Source: an uncultured Bacteriovoracaceae bacterium (GTDB lineage Bacteria; Bdellovibrionota; Bacteriovoracia; Bacteriovoracales; Bacteriovoracaceae). Taken from it: DNA of 46,747 nt. The translations under genes were made by a program, and so were the position numbers. Positions 37,708 through 46,747 of the stretch are shown piece after piece (positions within the stretch are counted from its first letter, which is position 1; each line of letters opens with the position of its first letter). The notes under the pieces were generated by a model, which saw only the letters and a program-made list of their open reading frames with translations, did no database searches and had not been told where the DNA came from. The DNA lies in NCBI GenBank assembly GCA_964012805.1, contig CAXGUD010000028.1, positions 1 through 46,747 on the forward strand, read 5' to 3'.

Positions 37708-39999
37708 TTAATTTTTATAATTTATGTAGATTGGAGAAGACCAAGCCCTGTGCTCGACAGGGGCCAAACAATCATCTGTTTTTTCTGATAAATAAATCCC
37801 ATGACAAGGTCTAGTTCTTATGCAATTTCCTTTTTTATCGTACTCACACCTTAAGTTTTTTCCATTAACCGTTAAGGTTTTTTCCTGAATGGCCCTCACA
37901 TAATAGATGGAGTCCCTTCCTCCTTTTAAGTAATCGGGATCTTTAAATTCGACCACACACCCTTCCTCCTTTCCCTCACAAGGAATTGTCTTAAAAGGGT
38001 CCTCAATCAGCTTACTAACATTTTCACCTTTTTTAATTTGTGGCCTTATTTTTACAACTTCAATCCGGGTTATTTTGTGCCTTTCATCGCTTGGGTTATA
38101 ACACTCATTTAAGCAGAGTCTTTTTAGCCTTTCAGCAGAAAGACCTTTCACTGAATGATCTGGGCAGCCAGGATTTTGCTTGAAAGCGCCGATCGCCTTT
38201 ACTTTAAAAGTCGGAACTTTTTTAAAGTTCACCTCTGAACCCATGGGATAAACTTTCGGCTTAGAGTTTTCATTTTCAAGAAGATCAAACCAAAGAAGGA
38301 TTCGTGGTCCAGATGTACCGTAAATTTCTCTCTTTTTAAAAGCGTCCCAAATTCCTTCTCTATCCCTCTTTGTAGCGTGAACTGCTGCCAGACCTCCTGT
38401 CGTCCAGAAAGAAGCTTGCTTATCCCAATCTAAAAGAATTTGATAACGAGGATCATTGAGGACTTCTTCCCTTGAATAGGACTTAGCGTGATCACTCTTC
38501 TCTTCTTTGGGTCTAAGAATATTACGCCACATTTTAGATCTTGCCCCGAAGACCTCTGCATTTAAGTAACGTGCGTGCTCCTTATAACCTGTTCCAGGCC
38601 TTGCTCGGTGGTTATCACTTGCACCTATAAAACCCCATTTAAACCTTGTGGGTTCTTTTTTCTCAAAATTACTAATAGCAAGACCATACTGCGCCGAAGA
38701 CCTTGGCCTATAATTAAAGGCCGGTAAAAAGCAATCCTGGCATTGACCAGCATTGAGCCAATCCTCTGCGTTATCGCCTCTAACAACCATGTGGCCAGCA
38801 ACACCGATATGGACATATTGATCTCTGGCGTAAGCTTCTCTTTTTTGGCATTCCTTTTCCGAGTTCCCATTTTTTAAGCAGCGCTTTTTTATGATAAGGC
38901 CTGCTTGCCAACAAGCAGGCATATAATTTGGTGAAGGCTTTGGACAGCCGACAATCCTGTTTTTCTCATCCTTCCAATAAGCTGAGCTCCAAGAGCGGTA
39001 CTCTTCACTATTTCCATGACCTGAATAAATTTCAAAGATTTCCTGCTTTTCAGGCCTCATTTCAGGTTTTAATTGCTTATCAAGACTAGATGTTTGAGGG
39101 GTATAAAGACCCCACGTCGTTCCATGGGGAATAAGAAAGTAATCCAATTTTTGATTATCTAACCTTTCCACTAAATCTTTGGGTGTCCAGGCACTTTCGT
39201 AGCAATTTTTTGGGAGCTTTGAAGAGCTCACTTTAGGATCACAGTCGGGCACCTGAACAATTTCTTGCTGAAAAAGCCTAAAATCATAATAAACTTGCCT
39301 ATGCTTAAAATCCAAGAGAGGAACTGTAACAGGAAGAGGGGAAGCATCCTGCCTTAAAGCTGCCGAAGCCCTCCCAGCAGCACCAATGGGTCTTAAGGAA
39401 ATTTCATCGTCATCTAACCCTTTAAAGATAACATTTTTATGCCCATAATGATCCGAAGGAAAACCACCAACTTGAGACCACTCAAAACCCAAAAAAGAAA
39501 TGAGGTCAGGCCCACTTTTTCCTTTTGCCCTGGCCTCACACTGCCTTATCGATTCAATGGTGTCTTTCCACTTTTTAGGAGTGCTTGATTCGGCGTGATC
39601 ACTGATCGACCAAAAATCTATTTGAGAGCAATACCTGGCAAAATCGCAGGCTTCTCCTATAGGATGTACTCCAACACCCCTTAACATGGGTAAGGCCATA
39701 AAATAAGCATCGGCTGAATAGGTTGTATGAACGTGAAAGTCACCAAAAAGGATCATTTTATCAAGGGACTCTTTTTTAAAATGATCCTTTTCCGAAAGAA
39801 GGGATTCTGCCATTTTTTTTATGGCACCTTTTTGAAGATCCACTCTTTTTTGGATAACTTCTTTAGGAACTTTTTCCCCTGTTATTTTCCCAGGGCCTCT
39901 GTGTTTAGAAAAAACATTTAAATAAACGAGAAAGAGGTAAATGCCCAAAAGGGCCACAAGAATTAAAGCAAAAATTGATATTTTTTTAAAAAGACCCAT
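37708..39999 (-). CDS. DUF3604 family PHP-like metalloprotein, membrane-anchored and exported
   Basis: FGDFHVHTTYSADA, SISDHAE, GFEWS, HKNVIF, IPHG, GASDNH, YGTSGPRI, YYVRAIQ and RAWSSPI; many Cys. Confidence 0.85.
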   Translation of the reverse strand: MGLFKKISIFALILVALLGIYLFLVYLNVFSKHRGPGKITGEKVPKEVIQKRVDLQKGAIKKMAESLLSEKDHFKKESLDKMILFGDFHVHTTYSADAYFMALPMLRGVGVHPIGEACDFARYCSQIDFWSISDHAESSTPKKWKDTIESIRQCEARAKGKSGPDLISFLGFEWSQVGGFPSDHYGHKNVIFKGLDDDEISLRPIGAAGRASAALRQDASPLPVTVPLLDFKHRQVYYDFRLFQQEIVQVPDCDPKVSSSKLPKNCYESAWTPKDLVERLDNQKLDYFLIPHGTTWGLYTPQTSSLDKQLKPEMRPEKQEIFEIYSGHGNSEEYRSWSSAYWKDEKNRIVGCPKPSPNYMPACWQAGLIIKKRCLKNGNSEKECQKREAYARDQYVHIGVAGHMVVRGDNAEDWLNAGQCQDCFLPAFNYRPRSSAQYGLAISNFEKKEPTRFKWGFIGASDNHRARPGTGYKEHARYLNAEVFGARSKMWRNILRPKEEKSDHAKSYSREEVLNDPRYQILLDWDKQASFWTTGGLAAVHATKRDREGIWDAFKKREIYGTSGPRILLWFDLLENENSKPKVYPMGSEVNFKKVPTFKVKAIGAFKQNPGCPDHSVKGLSAERLKRLCLNECYNPSDERHKITRIEVVKIRPQIKKGENVSKLIEDPFKTIPCEGKEEGCVVEFKDPDYLKGGRDSIYYVRAIQEKTLTVNGKNLRCEYDKKGNCIRTRPCHGIYLSEKTDDCLAPVEHRAWSSPIYINYKN

Positions 40000-40178
40000 G
40001 ATAAACCATCCATGGTTAGATCAATAAAAAATTGAAGGTGCAATAAATTCTTAAAACAATATTAACTTAAGTCTTTAATTTAAAAAAGTGTCAAAACATT
40101 GTTCACTTAGAGAAGACTCGCCAAGAAGTTTAAGGATCGTTACTATAGCACTCGTAAACCTAAATAAAGGAAATCAAT

Positions 40179-41000
40179 ATGACCTCTTTCAAAGGGAAAA
40201 CTGTTTTTATAACTGGGGCCAGTAGAGGAATTGGAAAAGCTATTGGGCTAGCTCTTGCTAAAGATGGGGCCAATATTGTTATTGCCGCTAAAACAACTGA
40301 GCCTCACCCGAAACTCCCCGGAACAATTTATACATCAGCTGAAGAAATGGAAGCTGCTGGCGGAAAGGCCCTACCACTTTGTGTGGACATCCGCTTCGAA
40401 GACCAAGTTAAAGAAGCCGTTAAAAAAACAGTCGACACCTTTGGTGGAATCGATATTTTGGTCAATAATGCCAGTGCCATTCAGCTGACTGGAACAGTTG
40501 AAACGGAAATGAAGCGCTACGACCTCATGCACCAAATCAATATTAGGGGCACCTATATGACCTCAAAATATTGTATTCCTGAATTAGAAAAAACAGAAAA
40601 CCCTCATATCTTAAACCTAAGCCCTCCACTTAACATGGATAAGAAATGGTTTGCTAACCATGTTGCCTATACAATGAGTAAGTACGGCATGAGTATGTGT
40701 GTCTTGGGAATGGCAGAAGAGCTTAAAAAGAAAAAAATTGCTGTCAACGCCCTTTGGCCTAAAACAGTCATCCAAACCGCGGCCGTTCAAAACCTTCTCG
40801 GTGGAAAAACTGTTATGGATAAAGGAAGAACACCCGACATTCTTGGAGATGCTGCCTATAAAATATTTCAGAAACAAAGTAGTGAATGTACAGGTAACTT
40901 TTTTGTAGACGAGGACTTTCTAAGAGAAGAAGGGATGGAAGACTTTGGTCAATATTCCGAAGCTTCACCTCAAGATTTGATGCCTGACTTTTTTCTCTAA
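40179..41000 (+). CDS. Short-chain dehydrogenase (HSDL2-like)
   Basis: TGASRGIG, AAKTTEPHPKLPGTI, NNASAI, YTMSK (YxxxK) and VNALWP. Confidence 0.9.
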   Translation: MTSFKGKTVFITGASRGIGKAIGLALAKDGANIVIAAKTTEPHPKLPGTIYTSAEEMEAAGGKALPLCVDIRFEDQVKEAVKKTVDTFGGIDILVNNASAIQLTGTVETEMKRYDLMHQINIRGTYMTSKYCIPELEKTENPHILNLSPPLNMDKKWFANHVAYTMSKYGMSMCVLGMAEELKKKKIAVNALWPKTVIQTAAVQNLLGGKTVMDKGRTPDILGDAAYKIFQKQSSECTGNFFVDEDFLREEGMEDFGQYSEASPQDLMPDFFL

Positions 41001-41019
41001 AGCTAAAAAAAATTAAAAA

Positions 41020-41053
41020 AAAAGGTTTCTGGCCTAAAAACCAGAAACCTTTT
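41020..41053. terminator. Bidirectional rho-independent terminator
   Basis: AAAAGGTTTCTGG / CCAGAAACCTTTT 13-bp stem with A and T tracts on both sides, between convergent genes. Confidence 0.8.
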
Positions 41054-41094
41054 CTTATAAATCTTTATCTTAACTTTTCTGAACTTATTCTACT

Positions 41095-42036
41095 TTATTT
41101 TAGGTAGTCAGAAATTGTATCCCTAATTTCATTTCTGACTCTTATAGAACGCGCCTCTCTAGAACCAGCATAAGTTTCATCTAGTTGAAAAAGTTTCTGC
41201 CAAAGCTTTTGTCCATCAACTTTCTTTTTAAATGAAAGAGTTTCCTGTCTTCCAAAAACTTCATCCCAAACTTTTCTCACGTTAAACCAGTACCCCTTAT
41301 GTTCTTGCCACCAGTCTACGGCTTTTTGACATTTTGAGCTTGGCACTCTTTCGTAAGTGTTAAGACCTTTTTCCATAACGAGGGCCTTCGTCATTCCACC
41401 TCTTTTTTGAATTTTGATATTATCTTGATCGTGGATATGACCTGAAGCGATCATTTCATGTCTATTGGTTCTCTTTAAAATGTCGTAGTCACTTCTCTTT
41501 TTAAACTCTCTTCTTGGAAGAGGAGCATTTGCCGTACATTCCCAAAAGTTTTTTCCAGCATACCTTATCCAAGGAGCTGAACATTCATAACGAGGACTAT
41601 CGTCAACTTGATAAACCTTTTGAGTCCACATCCCCAAAGACTCATCGTCATCTAACATAACGGGTTTCCATGTATAATTCCCGATATAATCAAATAGGTT
41701 ATTTTCTTCATAAACCCACTCTTGCCTCCAGTGCTTTATAATACTTGGACCAGCTAGAAGAAGGTGTTGAAGAGAGACTTTTCCTCTCTTTTCACTGTCT
41801 ACAAAAATCCACTCCAAAACTGGACCTGATTTAAACCTATCGTGGTATTTATAATCTTCACTTAAAGAAAATGTTTCAGCATTTTGAAACGTTACTTTAT
41901 AGCAACCTGTCATTTTCTTTATTGACTCAACATCCTTGCTATAATCACCAATAGTAAGCGCCGCGCCCCAAGTATTGGCAGAAACAACTAACGCAGTAAG
42001 AAATGAAATCAAGCGTCCCTTAGTCAGTTTTTTCAT
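41095..42036 (-). CDS. DUF6607 family secreted protein
   Basis: Signal peptide; IKKMTGCYKVTF..AETF, SLQHLL, IKHWRQEWVYE, WTQKVYQVDDSPRY, PLPRRE and HDQDN. Confidence 0.75.
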   Translation of the reverse strand: MKKLTKGRLISFLTALVVSANTWGAALTIGDYSKDVESIKKMTGCYKVTFQNAETFSLSEDYKYHDRFKSGPVLEWIFVDSEKRGKVSLQHLLLAGPSIIKHWRQEWVYEENNLFDYIGNYTWKPVMLDDDESLGMWTQKVYQVDDSPRYECSAPWIRYAGKNFWECTANAPLPRREFKKRSDYDILKRTNRHEMIASGHIHDQDNIKIQKRGGMTKALVMEKGLNTYERVPSSKCQKAVDWWQEHKGYWFNVRKVWDEVFGRQETLSFKKKVDGQKLWQKLFQLDETYAGSREARSIRVRNEIRDTISDYLK

Positions 42037-42267
42037 AAAAACTCCTATTTTTTTGGTTTTAAAAGTTGATAAAATAATAAAAGTGTTTTGTGTATAAAAC
42101 TTTCGTTTCAGTAAATCAAACTTAATCTTAAACGCATCGAGCCTAATGCTAATAACAAGGACAGTAAAAAAAAGAATGAAAATAAAATTGTGGCCAGTTA
42201 AAAAGCAATGCTTAAAGTATCCTTATAAAAACTGGTAAAGACAATATTTAGTGAATAGGATTTAGTA

Positions 42268-44034
42268 ATGGAAAGCGTTATTGAAATTAAAAACTTCTCT
42301 CTCTCCTTTAAACACCATGACGGTCTTGTTCCGGCCGTTTCAAATATAAACTTAACTCTTAAAAAGGGACAAACGCTTGGGCTTGTTGGTGAATCTGGTT
42401 CAGGAAAAAGTGTGACCTCTCTTGCTATTATGGGTCTCCTTCCCTTCCATGAAGCAAAAATCATTTCTGGAGAAGTCCTTTATCAAGGGAAAGACCTTTT
42501 AAAAATAAATCAAAAAGAGTTTTCTCGTATTAGAGGCTCCAAAATCACCATGGTTTTCCAAGAGCCAATGACTAGCCTTAACCCTGTTTTTAGTATTGGA
42601 AATCAGTTGATGGAACCCTTACAGCTCCATCAAGGATTAAAGAAAAAAGAGGCATTCGAAAAAGCCGTTTCTTTATTAGAGGAAGTCGGTCTTCCAGACC
42701 CAGAAAGAAAAGTCCACGATTTTCCTCATCAACTTTCAGGTGGTCAAAGACAAAGAGTCATGATTGCCATGGCCCTCGCTTGTGAACCCGATTTTATGAT
42801 TTGTGATGAACCAACGACTGCTCTCGACGTGACCATTCAAAAGCAGGTTTTAGAACTCCTCATTAAACTCCAAAAAACCCACCAAATGGGTCTCCTCTTT
42901 ATAAGCCACGACCTTTCCGTTGTTGGTGAACTTTGCCATGAAGTTGCCGTCATGAAAAAAGGGAAAATCGTTGAAAAAGGAAGCTCAAGAGAGCTCTTTT
43001 TGAACCCCAAAGATCCCTACACAAAAGGCCTTCTCGCCTGCAGACCAAAATTAGATCAAAACCCCAAGCGCCTTTTAACGGTAGAAGACTTTTCTCAAAT
43101 GGAGGATGACCCAAACTTTGAGCTCCCGAGACTAAAAAAGGAAATGAAAACTGAGAAGAGTTTTACTCGAGGCTCAAAGGAAGAACCCCTTCTTAAAGTT
43201 TCTCATTGCTCAGTTTCTTTCCCTCTAGAGGAAAGGTTCTTTGGCCCTCCTAAAAAATGGTTTAAGGCCGTGGACGATATTAGTTTTACCCTCCATAAAG
43301 GAATGACTCTGGGCCTTGTTGGTGAAAGTGGTTCGGGTAAAACGACCCTTGGAAGGGCCATTTTACAACTCGTCAAACAAACTGAGGGAAAAATTTATTA
43401 CCGAGGTCAGTGCTTAAGCGACTTAAGCAAAAAAGAAATGAGAGACCTTAGAAAAAAAGTTCAAATTATTTTCCAAGACCCTTATTCATCACTAAATCCA
43501 AGAAAAACTGTGGGTGAACTCATTACAACTCCTATGACTATTCACAACATAGGAAATTCTAAAAAAGAGCGGATGGAGATGGCCGAGGAACTCCTTCAAA
43601 AAGTAGGCCTAGACCCCGTCCACATTAACCGCTACCCTCATCAATTCTCAGGTGGTCAAAGACAGAGGATTTCTATCGCCAGGACCTTGAGTTTAAAACC
43701 TGAATTTATCATTTGTGATGAGTCTGTCAGTGCACTTGATGTCTCTATCCAGGCCCAGGTCTTAAACCTTCTCCAAGACCTCCAAGAGGAGTTAGACCTG
43801 ACCTATATTTTTATCTCCCACGACCTTAACGTTGTGAAGTACTTTAGTGATGAAATTATTGTGATGAAAGAGGGTAAAATTGTCGAAAGGGCCACTCCAA
43901 CGGAACTTTATAAAAATCCAAAAAGCGATTATACCAAAAAACTTATCGATTCTATCCCCAAAGGAATAGAGAAAGAAAACAGACAAAAGGCGTCTTTTAA
44001 AATGGGTCAACCTTCTGCTATACTATCCCCCTAA
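42268..44034 (+). CDS. Dipeptide/oligopeptide/nickel-type ABC transporter ATP-binding protein with duplicated ATPase domains
   Basis: Two Walker A motifs (GESGSGKS, GESGSGKT), LSGGQRQR and FSGGQRQR signatures, DEPTTALD and DESVSALD, two ISHDL motifs. Confidence 0.92.
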   Translation: MESVIEIKNFSLSFKHHDGLVPAVSNINLTLKKGQTLGLVGESGSGKSVTSLAIMGLLPFHEAKIISGEVLYQGKDLLKINQKEFSRIRGSKITMVFQEPMTSLNPVFSIGNQLMEPLQLHQGLKKKEAFEKAVSLLEEVGLPDPERKVHDFPHQLSGGQRQRVMIAMALACEPDFMICDEPTTALDVTIQKQVLELLIKLQKTHQMGLLFISHDLSVVGELCHEVAVMKKGKIVEKGSSRELFLNPKDPYTKGLLACRPKLDQNPKRLLTVEDFSQMEDDPNFELPRLKKEMKTEKSFTRGSKEEPLLKVSHCSVSFPLEERFFGPPKKWFKAVDDISFTLHKGMTLGLVGESGSGKTTLGRAILQLVKQTEGKIYYRGQCLSDLSKKEMRDLRKKVQIIFQDPYSSLNPRKTVGELITTPMTIHNIGNSKKERMEMAEELLQKVGLDPVHINRYPHQFSGGQRQRISIARTLSLKPEFIICDESVSALDVSIQAQVLNLLQDLQEELDLTYIFISHDLNVVKYFSDEIIVMKEGKIVERATPTELYKNPKSDYTKKLIDSIPKGIEKENRQKASFKMGQPSAILSP

Positions 44035-44065
44035 ATTCACAAAAGTTTGAATCTTCGGCAAAGGA

Positions 44066-44566
44066 GTGTCTTTGAAGATCCCAAAAAGCGAATTAAGCCA
44101 TCCTATGGTTCACTACCTTCTTACGATCCATAAATTAAAAGAGGGTAAGGGTTATGCGAGGATTACTGATGTCGCCAAGGACCTTGAGTTAACCAAAGGA
44201 TCGGTTTCAACGGCCATCAAGAACCTGATTGAAAAAGGCTTGATTGCACACGAAGAAGACACAAAATTCATCATCTTAACTGATCAAGGTCATCATATTG
44301 TCCACGAGATCCTAACTTCAAGGACCCTTCTCTTTTATTTTTTCAAAGACATCCTTGGAGTTGACGAAAAAACGGCCAAACAGGACGCCTGCCTTATGGA
44401 ATATCTCATGGCAGAAAAAACCAGTGAGAAGCTTTTCGAGTTTATGAAAACAATCACGGCCAACGATGGGACTAATAGCCTCTCCATTAAAACTGAGCTT
44501 GACCTTTCAAGCTATAAAGACTCAAAAGAATTTAAAGAAGGACAAAAAGGGGACGACCACCTTTAG
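44066..44566 (+). CDS. DtxR/MntR family metal-dependent transcriptional regulator
   Basis: HYLLTIHKL, ARITDVAKDL..TKGSVS HTH, LTDQG, FFKDILGV..A.QDACLME. Confidence 0.85.
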   Translation: MSLKIPKSELSHPMVHYLLTIHKLKEGKGYARITDVAKDLELTKGSVSTAIKNLIEKGLIAHEEDTKFIILTDQGHHIVHEILTSRTLLFYFFKDILGVDEKTAKQDACLMEYLMAEKTSEKLFEFMKTITANDGTNSLSIKTELDLSSYKDSKEFKEGQKGDDHL

Positions 44567-44583
44567 CATTTAGTGATAACTTC

Positions 44584-46747
44584 CTAACGGGTGTATTTAA
44601 CAAATAAGTATTGGACATCACTAAAGTGACGAATGGATCCGCTTTTATTTTTCAATTTAATATTTGAAGGACTTCCCCCTCTAAGCTTTTCAAAATAACC
44701 CTCAATTTGAAATTGAGAACTTTCTCTTACAATGGCCGTTCCAAGAATTTCACTACCATCTTTAACCAGCTGAACTTTGCAAGTTCTTCTATTAGTAAGG
44801 TTTTTTACATTGTGACATGTTCCCGTGACCTTAAAAAAGTAAAGACCCTTTTTATCATTTCTTAAAATAAACCCACCATTTGCTGCGCTTTGAGGGACCA
44901 AACCCGATCCGAAAGTGTTCGTTATTACCGCTCCGCCATTTCGAAAATTGCCATTATTATAAACAGAACCATTATTAAGTCCGGTTATTTGAGAACAACG
45001 GCCTGCCTTCATTTGATTAGACGTTGAAGCAGAGTTCGAAGACCCATAATTATTGCAAGAACCAAAATACTCAACTTGGGTTGATTTATCCCACTTCTTT
45101 GCTGAGCCGCTACAATTAGTGCTAAGCCTTATTTTTTTACTACTATCAGCATAAACGCAGGTGCTCTTAGCATTTCCAGGCCTTAAGTACACGTAATTCC
45201 CACCTGCACTTGAAGTACTAAATTGCTGGTTGTTACCATAGTGACAAGGGTATAGTATTAACCTTGCTCCATTTCCCTGCCCTCCTTCCGCATCTAAGCA
45301 CCAGGTTCCTCCCTTCACTTCGTTATGAAAAAACCTTTTTCCGCTTCTTGTACTCTCGAACCATCTCTGCTCTTTTGAATTATTGCAAGAAGCTGATTTT
45401 AAATCTCTAAAACCACTCCTAGAACCCGCTAATGTCAAACACTCTCCTGCACCCGACTTTAGGATCATAAAGTTAACTTTAGTTATTCCCGCTGTATTCT
45501 CTAAAGGAGTTTGGCACTTTGGCTTTTTACAACTGACAGAAGATCTATTTGAACCATCAACTTTCCCTGGCGCTGACGTTAAAGTCCTTCCATCAAAAAA
45601 GCAACCAGGACAACGCTCACCACAACTTCTCCTCATGAATTGAACATCGTTATTTGAACATTGACTCAAACCCTTTGTATCAGTATGAGAAAAAGAAAGG
45701 CTTTGAATGGGGTTGGTATGGTACATAAAAATTTTGACAGTTTTATATTGATAGGCCTTATCTTTTAAAAGATCCGTGACCACCTTTTTGTTGGCAAGTT
45801 CCTGAACATAAAGGCTGTTTATTTTAGCCCCCTGAAACTCATATTCAAAAAAGGAGACTTTATCATTTAACTCGTCCCCTATGTTAGACTCATCATTACT
45901 ATAAGTCGCACAGTCTTTCGTTCCTAACTCATCCGCGCATAATTTTAAAACACCTTCTAAGGGAACTTTAAGAGAGCTAATATTTTTTTTCCACCCGATA
46001 GGTATCGCCCTACCAGGGCACATATTCCAAACCTCTCCAGAAAAGGAGGTGTCTTTATAAAGCTTTGCACAATTAGAATCTTTAACACTTCCCACGTTAT
46101 TACTTTCAGTATCAAGGTTAGAAATTCTTTTATTATCCATATTAAGATCCTTTCTAACCTTAGCACTGCCATTAACATCAAGCTTTTTAGAGGGATTTTT
46201 AATATTAACTCCTACATTTCCAACGCCATCAACATTTAAATTTTCAACATCTGAAACATCAAGAGACTTTCTCACTTCTTCTCTCGTTAACATTCCCAAT
46301 TTAAAATCTTTGGCCCCAAGAAAAACGCTTTCACTATTAATAGACATATCAACGACATCTTTTAGCCTTGCATGGTACTTTTGAGTGTTAAAACCAGGCC
46401 TTATACCTAAAAGATTTCTGGCATCTTGTGTATTGTTTGTCCCTGTCCCCCCCCTTTTAATGGCAACAGATTTCTCTTCTGAAAGTTTACCTGTCGAATC
46501 GTCATTATAAATAATTGAACCAGAGCTACCGGGTTTAAGCTTCGACCTCTTTAGAGAAAGACCCGGAGAAAAGTCTTCATTTCGAAGCGTTCCTCCTTTT
46601 ATTTTAGAACTATCAATAGAGTTGTCTGGAATATTACCGTTAGTCATTAAATTGTCTTCAAGATCATCCGATGAAATAGAGGCATTTTTTATTTGCTCTT
46701 TTTCTACTGAATTATTTTGAACCTTAGATTCTGTAACGACCCCATTA
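44584..46747 (-). CDS. Mosaic tail-fibre-like adhesin, 5' end beyond the window
   Basis: Frame is open upstream of 46647 to the edge (NGVVTESKVQNNSVEKEQIKNASISSDDLEDNL). 10-residue repeats, IKRGGTG, GNVGVNIKNPSKKLDVNG, LNMDNKRISNL, a beta/gamma-crystallin-like segment and a ricin-B-like segment (CLDAEGG..LYPCHYGNNQQF). Confidence 0.75.
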   Translation of the reverse strand, partial: NGVVTESKVQNNSVEKEQIKNASISSDDLEDNLMTNGNIPDNSIDSSKIKGGTLRNEDFSPGLSLKRSKLKPGSSGSIIYNDDSTGKLSEEKSVAIKRGGTGTNNTQDARNLLGIRPGFNTQKYHARLKDVVDMSINSESVFLGAKDFKLGMLTREEVRKSLDVSDVENLNVDGVGNVGVNIKNPSKKLDVNGSAKVRKDLNMDNKRISNLDTESNNVGSVKDSNCAKLYKDTSFSGEVWNMCPGRAIPIGWKKNISSLKVPLEGVLKLCADELGTKDCATYSNDESNIGDELNDKVSFFEYEFQGAKINSLYVQELANKKVVTDLLKDKAYQYKTVKIFMYHTNPIQSLSFSHTDTKGLSQCSNNDVQFMRRSCGERCPGCFFDGRTLTSAPGKVDGSNRSSVSCKKPKCQTPLENTAGITKVNFMILKSGAGECLTLAGSRSGFRDLKSASCNNSKEQRWFESTRSGKRFFHNEVKGGTWCLDAEGGQGNGARLILYPCHYGNNQQFSTSSAGGNYVYLRPGNAKSTCVYADSSKKIRLSTNCSGSAKKWDKSTQVEYFGSCNNYGSSNSASTSNQMKAGRCSQITGLNNGSVYNNGNFRNGGAVITNTFGSGLVPQSAANGGFILRNDKKGLYFFKVTGTCHNVKNLTNRRTCKVQLVKDGSEILGTAIVRESSQFQIEGYFEKLRGGSPSNIKLKNKSGSIRHFSDVQYLFVKYTR

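Noticed and set aside
42060..42095. Possible Fur or DtxR box upstream of DUF6607
   Set aside because: GATAAAATAATAAAAG is only a partial match and not palindromic, in very AT-rich DNA.
6907..46181. Many short antisense or alternate-frame ORFs in the track (e.g. 7174-7392, 11364-11660, 17460-17747, 20875-21114, 42198-42464, 45383-45643)
   Set aside because: They lie within or largely overlap well-supported genes and show no motifs of their own.

Overview
AT-rich bacterial chromosomal segment with about 40 protein genes. I found no rRNA, tRNA, CRISPR array, transposase or integrase. Many secreted hypotheticals, 7TM-DISM-type sensors, a CheA-like kinase, a CarD paralog and a phage-tail-like mosaic fibre point to a predatory Bdellovibrionota (Bacteriovoracia-like) genome; this is inference. 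Recognisable genes include a 2OG-Fe(II) oxygenase, PhoD, a Dus, FabH, a START protein, an APC permease, a BetB-like aldehyde dehydrogenase, an RNase Z-like hydrolase, an HI0933-type flavoprotein, three DoxX proteins, a PhrB-type photolyase, a DUF3604-parvulin-HupE/UreJ(N) operon, an SDR, DUF6607, a Dpp-type ABC ATPase and a DtxR/MntR regulator. The ORF track missed an edge-truncated gene at 1-850, two small genes, a LysR pseudogene remnant and the 5' extension of the last gene. Main leads: (1) a secreted ADP-ribosyltransferase-like protein behind a near-consensus sigma-28 promoter; (2) a Dus resembling eukaryotic Dus3; (3) an orphan NHLP/Os1348-like peptide downstream of the aldehyde dehydrogenase; (4) a thioredoxin-like/clan CD peptidase fusion; (5) the DUF3604 operon in a metal-related neighbourhood; (6) a fibre carrying crystallin and ricin-type lectin domains. 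All family calls come from motifs recognised by eye, not from database searches.
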